In this document: positions 16,838 through 25,047 of the stretch, one piece after another | Layout: each line of letters starts with the position of its first letter | Position numbering within the stretch: the stretch's first letter is position 1 | Program-made: the position numbers and the translations under genes | The notes under the pieces: generated by a model | Told to the model about the DNA's origin: nothing | Database searches by the model: none | The model's input: only the letters and a program-made list of their open reading frames with translations | Assembly (NCBI GenBank): GCA_028275425.1 | Contig: JAPWUT010000001.1 | Location: 1 to 34,642, forward strand | From: Anaerolineae bacterium | Lineage (GTDB): Bacteria; Chloroflexota; Anaerolineae; SpSt-600 | DNA length: 34,642 nucleotides | Direction of reading: 5' to 3'

Positions 16838-18796
16838 ATGGAACAGCCGAGGATTGGCGTCTATATCTGCGAGTGTGGCATAAACATTTCGGCTACGGTT
16901 GATGTTAACGCCGTGGCAGAGATAGCTTCCAAGCTCCCTGGCGTTGTCGTGGCCCGAGTCTACAAGTACATGTGCTCCGAACCGGGCCAGAAGATGATAG
17001 CAGAGGACATCCGCAACCTTGGGTTAAATCGGGTTGTGGTGGCCTCCTGCACTCCCCGGATGCATGAATTGACTTTCCAGCGGGTTCTGGAGGCCGCTGG
17101 CCTCAATCCCTATTACTTTGAAATGGCCAACATCCGAGAGCATGTCTCCTGGGTAACTAAGGACCGAAAAGAAGCCACGGAGAAGGCCAAGAGGCTTGTG
17201 CAGGCCGCCGTAATGCGGGTCGCTTTCCACCAGCCCCTGGAGCCACGCCGTGAGCCAGTAACGAAGGCTGCCTTGGTTGTCGGCGGGGGAATCGCCGGAA
17301 TCCAAGCTGCTCTATCCATAGCCGATGCCGGCTATCCGGTCTACTTGGTGGAGAGGGAGCCATCCATCGGCGGCCACATGGCCCAGCTTGATAAAACTTT
17401 CCCCACTCTGGACTGCAGTACCTGAATCCTCGGGCCGAAGATGATGGATGCCGGTCGGCATCCCAACATTACCCTCCTCACCTACAGCGAAGTTGAAGAT
17501 GTATCCGGCTACATCGGCAACTTCACAGTCCGGGTTCGGAAGAAGGCCAGGTCCGTGCGGGAAGAGGTTTGCACCGGCTGCGGCATCTGCCAGGAGAAGT
17601 GCCCGGTTAAAGTCGTTGATACCGGCTTTGAAGCTGGGATGGGTAAGCGCAAGGCTATCTACCGCCCCTTCGCCCAAGCCATCCCTAACGTCCCGGTGAT
17701 TGACCGGGAAAATTGCCTCTGGTTCACTAAAGGCCGATGCCGAGCTTGCGAGAAGCTCTGCCCTGCCGGAGCCATTGACTACGAACAGCAGGACCAAATC
17801 CTGGAGCTTAAGGTAGGGGCAATCGTGGTGGCCACGGGCTTTGCCATGTGGGACCCCCGCAAGCTCCCCCAGTATTCCTATGGCCTTTCCCCCAACATCA
17901 TCACGGGCTTGCAATTTGAAAGGCTCACAAGCGCTGGCGGCCCCACCGGCGGGGAGATATTGACGGCGGAGGGGAAGAAGCCGGAAAGGGTGGCCATAAT
18001 CCACTGCGTGGGAAGCAGGGACGTCAATGCCCACCCCTACTGCTCCCGCATCTGCTGCATGTACTCCCTAAAGCATGCCCACCAAGTGCGCGAGAAGACT
18101 GGCGCCGAAGTCTACGAATTCTACATGGACATGCGCGCTTTCGGGAAAGCCTACGAGGAATTTTACGAGCGCGTCCAGGAAGATGGAGTGATTTTCGTCC
18201 GAGGCCGGGGAGCTGAGGTAGAAGTCCTCCCCAACGGTAAGCTGCGAGTTAAAGGAGAGGATGCCAACTTGGGCCGGCTGGTATTCGTGGACGTGGACAT
18301 GGTAATCCTGGCCACGGCCATAGAGCCTCAGCCCGATGCCGACCGAGTTGCCGCTCTCTTCCGGCTTGGTCGGACCCCTGACGGCTGGTTTGCGGAAGCC
18401 CATCCCAAACTCAGGCCAGTGGAGACGGCCACCGCGGGCATTTTCCTGGCCGGTGCTTGCCAAGGCCCCCGCGACATCCCCGATACCGTCGCCCACGCCG
18501 AGGCTGCAGCCATGGAAGTGGTGAAACTATTCAACCTCGGCGAAGTCGTAATCTCGCCCACCGTCGCCGTAGTGAATGAAGCAGCTTGCGTGGGCTGCGG
18601 AGAATGCATACTGGCCTGCCCTTATTCGGCCATAGCCCGCAACATCCGGGGCAAGGCTGAGGTCAACCCTGCCCTTTGCCAGGGTTGTGGGACCTGCGCC
18701 GCTACCTGTCCTTCCCATGCCATTACTGCCCTTCACTTCACCGACCAAGAGATTGTGGCTCAGATAGATGGCCTATTGGAGCGCGCCATGCTCTGA
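16838..18796 (+). CDS. hdrA: Heterodisulfide reductase subunit A, selenocysteine-containing (UGA at 17423-17425 read as Sec)
   Basis: Track ORFs 16838..17425 and 17441..18796 are in the same frame and separated only by TGA. The joined sequence reads ..GGHMAQLDKTFPTLDCST[U]ILGPKMMDAGRHPN.., the conserved HdrA FPT.DCS.C-IL.PK block with U at the second Cys. Also present are the N-terminal HdrA Fe-S domain, GxGxAG Rossmann, CSRICCMYS, an inserted ferredoxin domain and a C-terminal one. Confidence 0.85.
17441..17469 (+). promoter_or_regulatory. Putative bacterial SECIS hairpin
   Basis: It starts 15 nt after the UGA. The apical perfect stem is GGAUGCC/GGCAUCC (17446-17452 / 17457-17463) with loop GGUC. 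The lower stem AUGAU/AACAU has one mismatch and a bulged C. As I recall, GGUC is the apical loop of the E. coli fdhF SECIS. Confidence 0.55.
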
Positions 18797-18846
18797 AACC
18801 ATGGCCTTGTGCCAAAACGCTGGAAAAACATCCGGAGTAGATAAAC

Positions 18847-19884
18847 ATGCCCTTCGATTTGCCACAGAAAACTGTTGGTTACTTTTGCTCTTACGTGCCC
18901 GAGGAATTGCTCATCGCTGCGGGGTTTAACCCCATCCGCATAATCCCCGGCGCAACCGATGCTTCGCTATCCCAAACCCACCTTCAGAGCTACACTTGTT
19001 ACCTTGCCAGAGCTTGCCTCCACCGGGCCATCAAAGGGGAGCTAAACTCCTTGGAAGGGGTGATTTTCACCCACACTTGCGATACAATGCAATGCCTTGC
19101 CGACATATGGCCCCAAGCTTGCCCCCACAAGATAGTGGAAACCTTCAATTTGCCCACCGTCCTGAGCTCGGAGGAAGCTCTCCCTTACACCATGGCCGAA
19201 CTGGAAAGGCTGAAAAGTCGCTTGGAAGCCTCAACAGGCCTCCTCATCGGGGAGGAAGCCCTGAGAGAGGCCGTAAAGATTGCCAACAGGAAGCGTATCC
19301 TCCTGCAAAACCTGGCCTCAAGGCGGGAGAAAATGCCGGCCTCCCGCTTCTTCAGCCTGGTAAACAAAGCCCTCACCTTGCCTTTAGGAGAGGCCATAAG
19401 TTTCCTGGAGAATTTGGAGGTTGAGGAAGAAGAGAACCCCGGCAAAGTCCGGATAGTGCTGGCCGGCTCAACCCTTGATGACCTCAGTTTGGTTGACTTC
19501 ATAGAAGAAAGCGGGGGCAAAATAGTGGATGATGACTTCTGCAACGGCACTCGTTACTTCCAGACCCTCGCCGATGAGTCCATCCCACCCATTGAGGCCA
19601 TAGCCAGACGTCTCCTTGAAAGGCCAATTTGCCCCTGCAAATTCCTCAAGCCTGGTGCTTACTCCCAAAGCTTGCTGGAGAAAACTCGTAAGGCCAAAGC
19701 CCAAGGATTAATCTTGGTACGCCAGAAATTCTGCGACCCTTGGGGCTGGGAATTCCCGCTCATGCAGTCCCTCTTCCAAGAGAAAAAGGTTCCAATCCTC
19801 ATGGTAGAAGTAGAACAACCCGGAAGCCTTGGCCCCATCGCCACCAGGATACAGGCTTTCTTGGAGATGATAGCGGAGGGATAA
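18847..19884 (+). CDS. 2-hydroxyacyl-CoA dehydratase / BcrC-BadD-HgdB family protein (single subunit, no activase nearby)
   Basis: The N-terminus ..VGYFCSYVPEELLIAAGFNPIRI.. and the conserved Cys positions (FTHTCDTMQC) are typical of this family. Confidence 0.7.
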   Translation: MPFDLPQKTVGYFCSYVPEELLIAAGFNPIRIIPGATDASLSQTHLQSYTCYLARACLHRAIKGELNSLEGVIFTHTCDTMQCLADIWPQACPHKIVETFNLPTVLSSEEALPYTMAELERLKSRLEASTGLLIGEEALREAVKIANRKRILLQNLASRREKMPASRFFSLVNKALTLPLGEAISFLENLEVEEEENPGKVRIVLAGSTLDDLSLVDFIEESGGKIVDDDFCNGTRYFQTLADESIPPIEAIARRLLERPICPCKFLKPGAYSQSLLEKTRKAKAQGLILVRQKFCDPWGWEFPLMQSLFQEKKVPILMVEVEQPGSLGPIATRIQAFLEMIAEG

Positions 19885-19886
19885 AA

Positions 19887-21701
19887 ATGCCCGGAGGATA
19901 TTTAGGCAAAATACTCGTGGTAGACCTCACCCAAGGGCAATGGGAAGTAGAGCCGTTGAGGGAGGAACATGCCTCCCGATTCTTAGGAGGTGGGGGACTT
20001 GCCTGCCGTTACCTCTATGACCTCATCTCCCCCTCCACCGACCCCTTGGGCCCCGATAACATCCTCTTCTTCACCACCGGACCATTGGTGGGGACGAGGG
20101 CTCCTTCCTGTGGCCGCTACACCGCTTGCTTCCTTTCCCCGCTTACAGGAATATGGGGTGAAAGCAATGCTGGCGGATTCTTCGGCCCGGAGATGCGCTT
20201 CGCCGGCTATGATGGAATCCTAATCCGCGGCCGTTCACCCGAACCAGTTTACCTCTGGATTAACGATGGGAAAGTGGAAGTGAGGCCTGCTTCCCACCTC
20301 TGGGGATTGGACACATATAGGGTTCAAGAAGCCATAAAAGAAGAAATCGGGGAGCCAAGAGCCAAGATAGCTTGCATCGGCCCGGCCGGGGAAAAACTGG
20401 TGAAAATGGCCGCCATAATCAACGATAACGCCAGAGCAGCGGCCCGTGGCGGTCCAGGGGCAGTCATGGGCTCAAAGAACCTGAAAGCCATCGCCGTAAA
20501 GGGCTCGGGAACCATCCCCCTCCACAACGAGGCAGCTTTTAACGAAGTAGCCAGGGAAGCCAGGGATTGGGTCCGAGAAGACTTCACCGCCCAACTCTTC
20601 CACTCTGGGGGCACGGCCTTCTGGATGGACCTGGGCCACGAGTTCGGCGATGTCCCGATAAAATACTTCACCAAAGGCTATTTTGAAGGGACCGGCAAAC
20701 TCAGCGGGGCCACCATGGCCGAAACCATCCTGGTCAAGACCAGCGCCTGCTACGGCTGCCCCATCGCTTGTGGTCGGGTCATTGAAGTGAAAGAAGGCCA
20801 ATACAAGCTCCCGGTCACAGAAGGCCCCGAATACGAAACCCTCTGCTCACTCGGAACCCTATTGATGGTTGACAACTTGGCCGCCGTATCCTATGCCAAC
20901 CACCTCTGCAACTCCCTCGGGCTTGACACAATTTCCGTTGGTGTAACCATAGCCTTTGCCTATTACCTTTTTGACCGTGGGGTCGTAAGCGAAAGGGAAG
21001 TGGGCTTTGCCCTCAAGTGGGGTGACCCGGAGGGGGCGATCAGGCTTATAGAGCTCATCTCTCGGAAAGAAGGCTTTGGGGCAATCCTGGCCGAAGGGGT
21101 AAGGTCGGTTGGGGAGCGCTTTGGGCTTCCTGAAGAAGCGGCTCACGTTAAGGGGCTGGAAGTCCCGATGCACGAACCGCGGGCTTTCTTCGGGAGTGCC
21201 CTGGCCTACGCCACATCGCCTCGTGGGGCCTGCCACATGCAGGGTGACCCCTACGCTGTGGACTCTGGGAGCGCCATCCCTGAAATCGGGATAATTCCTG
21301 GGGACCGCTTCAGCGCGGAGGATAAGGCTTGGATGGTAGCTCGCATCCAGGACTGGCGTGCCCTCTACAACTCCATGATAATGTGCCAATTCTGCAGCCC
21401 CGGTCCGGAAAGGATTGCCAAGCTCCTGAGGGAAGCCACAGGGTGGGATATAGGAATTGAGGAGCTTGTAAAGATAGGCAGGGACATCTTTGACCTCAAG
21501 CGGGCATTCAATGTGAAGATGGGGGTAAAACGCCAGGACGATCACCTCCCCTCTTTGCTCCTCCGTCCTCTTCCCGATGGAGGGGCTCAAGGGGCCGTTC
21601 CCGACATGGAAAAACTCCTTGCGGATTACTATGCAGTCCGGGATTGGACCGAAGAAGGCACCCTCAAGCCCGAAAGGATGCGTGAACTGGGGCTGGCTTA
21701 A
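19887..21701 (+). CDS. aor: Aldehyde:ferredoxin oxidoreductase family (tungstopterin) enzyme
   Basis: Start ATG 19887 (MPGGYLGKILVVDLTQG..) lies 2 nt after the upstream stop and has RBS GGAGGG; the track start at 19740 lies inside the previous gene. AOR N-domain, EYETL, 4Fe-4S ligand block ACYGCPIACGR and a later ..GACHMQGD.. are present. Confidence 0.9.
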   Translation: MPGGYLGKILVVDLTQGQWEVEPLREEHASRFLGGGGLACRYLYDLISPSTDPLGPDNILFFTTGPLVGTRAPSCGRYTACFLSPLTGIWGESNAGGFFGPEMRFAGYDGILIRGRSPEPVYLWINDGKVEVRPASHLWGLDTYRVQEAIKEEIGEPRAKIACIGPAGEKLVKMAAIINDNARAAARGGPGAVMGSKNLKAIAVKGSGTIPLHNEAAFNEVAREARDWVREDFTAQLFHSGGTAFWMDLGHEFGDVPIKYFTKGYFEGTGKLSGATMAETILVKTSACYGCPIACGRVIEVKEGQYKLPVTEGPEYETLCSLGTLLMVDNLAAVSYANHLCNSLGLDTISVGVTIAFAYYLFDRGVVSEREVGFALKWGDPEGAIRLIELISRKEGFGAILAEGVRSVGERFGLPEEAAHVKGLEVPMHEPRAFFGSALAYATSPRGACHMQGDPYAVDSGSAIPEIGIIPGDRFSAEDKAWMVARIQDWRALYNSMIMCQFCSPGPERIAKLLREATGWDIGIEELVKIGRDIFDLKRAFNVKMGVKRQDDHLPSLLLRPLPDGGAQGAVPDMEKLLADYYAVRDWTEEGTLKPERMRELGLA

Positions 21702-21749
21702 GGCCAATCTCCGCTCGGGAGAGAGACCAGGGGAGAGATTAACCCCCAG

Positions 21750-21934
21750 AACGCTGGCGGACCCTAAGCCCACGGGGGTGGGCAAATGGGGGGTCCAGGG
21801 GGCGCAAGCCCCCTGGCAGGGGGTGTGGGGGATGTGCCCCCAAAACAAAAAGAGGGGGCGAGCCGCCCGCATTATCAACCCCGCCACGAGTGGGGCCCCA
21901 AAACGCTGGCGGACCCTAAGCCAACGAGGGTGGG
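21750..21934 (+). repeat. Single copy of repeat element B plus a terminal partial unit
   Basis: AACGCTGGCGGACCCTAAGCCCACGGGGGTGGGCAAATGGGGGGTCCAGGGGGCGCAAGCCCCCTGGCAGGGGG.. has a perfect GCAA hairpin at 21795-21816. It ends with AACGCTGGCGGACCCTAAGCCAACGAGGGTGGG, as the 4214-5008 array does. It begins about 50 nt after the aor stop. Confidence 0.85.
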
Positions 21935-22027
21935 ATAATTTTCCTAAAATTACCCCCAAGCCTTCGGCTGGATAAAAAGAAAGCGTCGGCGAAAGCCAAC
22001 GCCTGCCAAGAAAACTGATTTAAACCC

Positions 22028-22056
22028 TTGCCAGAAGAAAAAAGCTGTGCTAAAAT
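22028..22056 (+). promoter_or_regulatory. Putative sigma70 promoter (extended -10) of the zinc-ribbon gene
   Basis: TTGCCA, a 17-nt spacer (ending in the TGc of the extended -10), then TAAAAT, about 30 nt upstream of ATG 22087. Confidence 0.5.
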
Positions 22057-22086
22057 TAGGCCATAGAATCGGGTTGGGGGGAAGAA

Positions 22087-22320
22087 ATGCCGATATACGA
22101 ATACAGGTGTGGGAATTGCGGCAAGACCTTTGAAATTTTGCGGCCTATAAGCAAAGCCGATGAACCCGCCAGTTGCCCTTACTGCGGTAGCACTGAAACC
22201 GAAAAAGCCATTTCCCTCTTTGCAGCCGTAAGCCGTGGTGAGGGTGGCACAACAAGAACCCTGGGAGGTAACCCTTGCTCAGGGTGCACTGCCACTACAT
22301 GCACAACATGCTCCCGCTAA
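22087..22320 (+). CDS. FmdB-family zinc-ribbon protein
   Basis: MPIYEYRCGNCGKTFEIL..ASCPYCGS.. is the family-defining N-terminus (CxxC..CxxC). The tail is Cys/Gly/Thr-rich. Confidence 0.85.
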   Translation: MPIYEYRCGNCGKTFEILRPISKADEPASCPYCGSTETEKAISLFAAVSRGEGGTTRTLGGNPCSGCTATTCTTCSR

Positions 22321-22324
22321 AAAG

Positions 22325-22355
22325 CCCGGTTTCCTCCAAGGGAGCCGGGTTTTTT
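22325..22355 (+). terminator. Rho-independent terminator
   Basis: CCCGGTTTCC-TCCAA-GGGAGCCGGG forms a 10-bp stem including two G-U pairs and is followed by TTTTTT, 5 nt after the stop. Confidence 0.75.
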
Positions 22356-22388
22356 AATCCGGTAGTCACTCCTTTAAGTAATGGATGA

Positions 22389-23954
22389 GTGGTTATGCTA
22401 ACTTTACAATGCCAACTGCGCTTTGAGTGCCAAAAGGACCAAGAAGCAGTTTTTCAGCTCATGCACCGCTTCTCCTCCGCTATGCGCTTCGCTTTCCAGC
22501 GCTTCCTTGAGGGAAAGGAGGAGAACGAAGTCCTAAAGGAGCTTTCTTCGCTCTTCAACCTCAACTCCCGCTACGCCTACGGCGCATTGGTAAAGGCTAA
22601 GATGACCATTGCCTCCCAGAAGGAGCTTGGCCAGAGCCCGAAGAAGGTGGTCTTCGGAGGGAGAAAGCTCTTTGAGGAGCTTGCCAGAAAGCACCTTTCC
22701 GGGAAGCGAAGGGATGAGCTTCTCAAGAAGTGGAGGGAGAGAAGGCAAGGCTTGCTTTTCGCCGTGGGCCAGAAGCACGCAAAAGGCAACAAGAACCTGA
22801 GGCTGGTCTGGGTTGATGGCCACCTTTTCCTTCGCATCAACGTTGGGGAAAGGGAATGGGTTTATGCCAAGGTAATCCGAAAAGTGAAACGGGATAGGGA
22901 TAAGTGGAAGGTGCTTTTAGGACGCCTAATGAGGGCGGAAGCTACAGGGGATTGGTTCCCCTACACTGTCACCTTGCGCCGGAAGGAAGGCAAGCTCTAT
23001 GCCTTCATCTCCTTTGAGGAGGAGCTACCTCCGGTTTCAATCACCAAAGCTCAAGGAGTAATAGGGCTTGACCTCAATGCCGTTCCGCAGCATGTGGCCT
23101 GGGCGGAAGCTTCCTCGGATGGGAACTTGGTCTCCCATGGGGCCGTGCCCATCCCCGACCTTTCTGGGAAGCCCAAGAAAGTGCGAGATTACATTCTCTG
23201 GCTTACGGCCTGGCAGGTAGTTCGCCTGGCCAAGGAGAAAAGGAAGGCCATTGCTTTGGAGCGCCTTAAGCGTATGCCTAAAGGAGAGCGTGGGGATGGG
23301 AAGCCAGCCCTTAGGCGTAAGCTTGGAAATTGGGCCTACCGGAGCCTGAGGGAAAAGATTAAGGTTCTGGCCTTGCGGGAAGGGATTGAAGTTGTGGAAG
23401 TGAGCCCGGCTTACACTTCGGTCATAGGGGCATTGAAGTATGCTCCGCAGCACCTACTGGACAAGGACCGGGCAGCGGCTTTGGTGATTGCCAGGCGTGC
23501 CCTGGGGTTTGAAGAGAAGATGCCCAAGCATTACGAACGCTTATTAGGTGACGGAGAATTCCTTGGCTACGCTGTTTCCTATTGGGAAGAGAAGGTTGAA
23601 GAGCTGAGGGCGAGGAAGAGGGAAGAGAGGAACAAGTGGAAGAGGAATGCGGTTCGGGGGAGTTTGGAGAAAGCTAAAAAGTCCCTCCAGCTTCTTAGGG
23701 AAAGTGTGGGTGGCGAGCCGGCTTCCCAAGAGACGGCCAACCGATGGAAGGAGCCGGTGAGGGGCGGGCCTTTGGGCCCGCAAAAAGCTTGGCAAGTCGC
23801 CTATGTAGCCCTCACTGAGCCTCTCCTTGGGAGGTCTCTTAGGGACCTCTCTCCCCTGAGGCCGGTTTTAGTCTTGGGGGATTGGGAGAGGCCGGCGAGA
23901 AGGTTAGCTCCTGACCTGGTCCAGGGGCGGGATTATCAACACTATAGGGGATGA
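22389..23954 (+). CDS. tnpB: TnpB-like (IS200/IS605 OrfB / Cas12-type) RuvC nuclease lacking the zinc-ribbon; solitary, no tnpA
   Basis: RuvC-I VIGLDLN, RuvC-II AIALERL followed by the typical ..LGNWAYRSLREKIKVLALREGIEVVEVSPAYTS.., and RuvC-III DKDRAAALVIARRALG. The only two Cys in the protein are at residues 8 and 14, so no CxxC..CxxC exists between YTS and RuvC-III. About 150 aa of poorly protein-like tail follows. An alternative ATG start lies at 22395. Confidence 0.7.
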   Translation: MVMLTLQCQLRFECQKDQEAVFQLMHRFSSAMRFAFQRFLEGKEENEVLKELSSLFNLNSRYAYGALVKAKMTIASQKELGQSPKKVVFGGRKLFEELARKHLSGKRRDELLKKWRERRQGLLFAVGQKHAKGNKNLRLVWVDGHLFLRINVGEREWVYAKVIRKVKRDRDKWKVLLGRLMRAEATGDWFPYTVTLRRKEGKLYAFISFEEELPPVSITKAQGVIGLDLNAVPQHVAWAEASSDGNLVSHGAVPIPDLSGKPKKVRDYILWLTAWQVVRLAKEKRKAIALERLKRMPKGERGDGKPALRRKLGNWAYRSLREKIKVLALREGIEVVEVSPAYTSVIGALKYAPQHLLDKDRAAALVIARRALGFEEKMPKHYERLLGDGEFLGYAVSYWEEKVEELRARKREERNKWKRNAVRGSLEKAKKSLQLLRESVGGEPASQETANRWKEPVRGGPLGPQKAWQVAYVALTEPLLGRSLRDLSPLRPVLVLGDWERPARRLAPDLVQGRDYQHYRG

Positions 23955-23985
23955 CCAGGTTTAATCCTCAAGGAGGAGGAAAACA

Positions 23986-25035
23986 ATGGCTGAGAAGATG
24001 AGAGCTCTCCTCAAAAAGAAGCCAGGCCCTGGCTTGGAAATGGATTTGGTCGATATACCCCATCCCGGCCCGAACGAAATCCTGGTAAAGGTGCGGGCTA
24101 CATCCATCTGTGGAACCGATGTGCACATATACAAGTGGGATGCCTGGGCTCAAAGCCGCATAAAACCACCTCTAATCATAGGCCATGAGTTCTGCGGAGA
24201 AGTGGTGGAAGTAGGGAAAGAAGTCAAAAGCATCAAAGTAGGAGATTTCATCTCCGCCGAAAGCCACATCCCCGATTACACCTGCCCGGTCTGCCGCAAG
24301 GGACAACCCCACATCTGCCAAAACCTCAAAATCCTCGGAGTTGATACCAACGGCTCCTTCGCCGAATACGTGGTTATACCCGAAATATGCGCCTGGAAGA
24401 GTGACCCTAACCTGGACCCAGCCATAGCTTCCATCCAGGAGCCTCTGGGGAATGCCGTTTACGCCGTTCTGGCTGAGCCGATTTCAGGTAAAACGGTGGC
24501 AGTTTTTGGCGATGGGCCAGCAGGGAACAATGCTGTAGCAGTGGCTAAGGCGGCGGGAGCAGGCACAATCTTCCAAATAGGTAAGCACCGCTCTCGCCTG
24601 GAAATTGGCCGGAAGATGGGAGCTGATTTCTCCATAAATGTTGCCGAAGGGCAGGACCCAGTTAAAATAATACTGGAAAAGACCGAAGGCGTTGGAGTGG
24701 ATGTGGTCCTGGAGATGGCCGGAAGCCAGCAGGCTTTGGAGCAAGGATTTGCCGTTTTACGCAAAGGAGGCAGGTTCACCGCTTTCGGTATACCTTCGGA
24801 TAAGGTCTCTCTGGATTGGGCCAATGCCCTAATCTTCAAAGGGGCCCACGTAATCGGGATAAACGGCCGCCTCATGTGGGAAACTTGGTACCAAATGGCC
24901 GAACTGCTTAAATCGGGCAAGCTTGACCCCTCGCCTATAATCACCCACAAAATACCGTTGGACAACTTTGAAGAAGGCTTCCGCTTGCTGACTTCGCCGG
25001 AAAGGGACGTGGGGAAAGTGGTAATGTTCCCTTAA
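23986..25035 (+). CDS. tdh: L-threonine 3-dehydrogenase (Zn-dependent MDR family)
   Basis: Contains ..ILVKVRATSICGTDVHIYKWD..GHEFCGEVVEVG.., a structural-Zn Cys cluster CPVCRKGQPHIC, and Rossmann VFGDGPAG. RBS AAGGAGGAGG. Confidence 0.85.
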   Translation: MAEKMRALLKKKPGPGLEMDLVDIPHPGPNEILVKVRATSICGTDVHIYKWDAWAQSRIKPPLIIGHEFCGEVVEVGKEVKSIKVGDFISAESHIPDYTCPVCRKGQPHICQNLKILGVDTNGSFAEYVVIPEICAWKSDPNLDPAIASIQEPLGNAVYAVLAEPISGKTVAVFGDGPAGNNAVAVAKAAGAGTIFQIGKHRSRLEIGRKMGADFSINVAEGQDPVKIILEKTEGVGVDVVLEMAGSQQALEQGFAVLRKGGRFTAFGIPSDKVSLDWANALIFKGAHVIGINGRLMWETWYQMAELLKSGKLDPSPIITHKIPLDNFEEGFRLLTSPERDVGKVVMFP

Positions 25036-25047
25036 GGGGTAGGAGTT

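Noticed and set aside
17423-17425. TGA read as a genuine stop, giving a split or pseudogenised hdrA
   Set aside because: Both halves are in the same frame. The TGA replaces a conserved Cys of the HdrA motif, a SECIS-like hairpin follows, and the second half has no RBS of its own. Sec read-through is the simpler explanation.
17312-18034. 240-aa minus-strand ORF antisense to hdrA
   Set aside because: It is a shadow ORF opposite a strongly supported gene, with no motifs and no RBS.
20859-21959. 366-aa minus-strand ORF antisense to aor and repeat copy 3
   Set aside because: It overlaps the motif-rich aor gene and begins inside the repeat. The sequence is low-complexity and has no translation signals.
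22087-22320. Idea that the FmdB zinc-ribbon protein supplies in trans the zinc finger missing from the adjacent TnpB-like protein
   Set aside because: FmdB-family genes are widespread stand-alone genes. A good intrinsic terminator separates the two genes, and nothing in the sequence links them. This is pure speculation.
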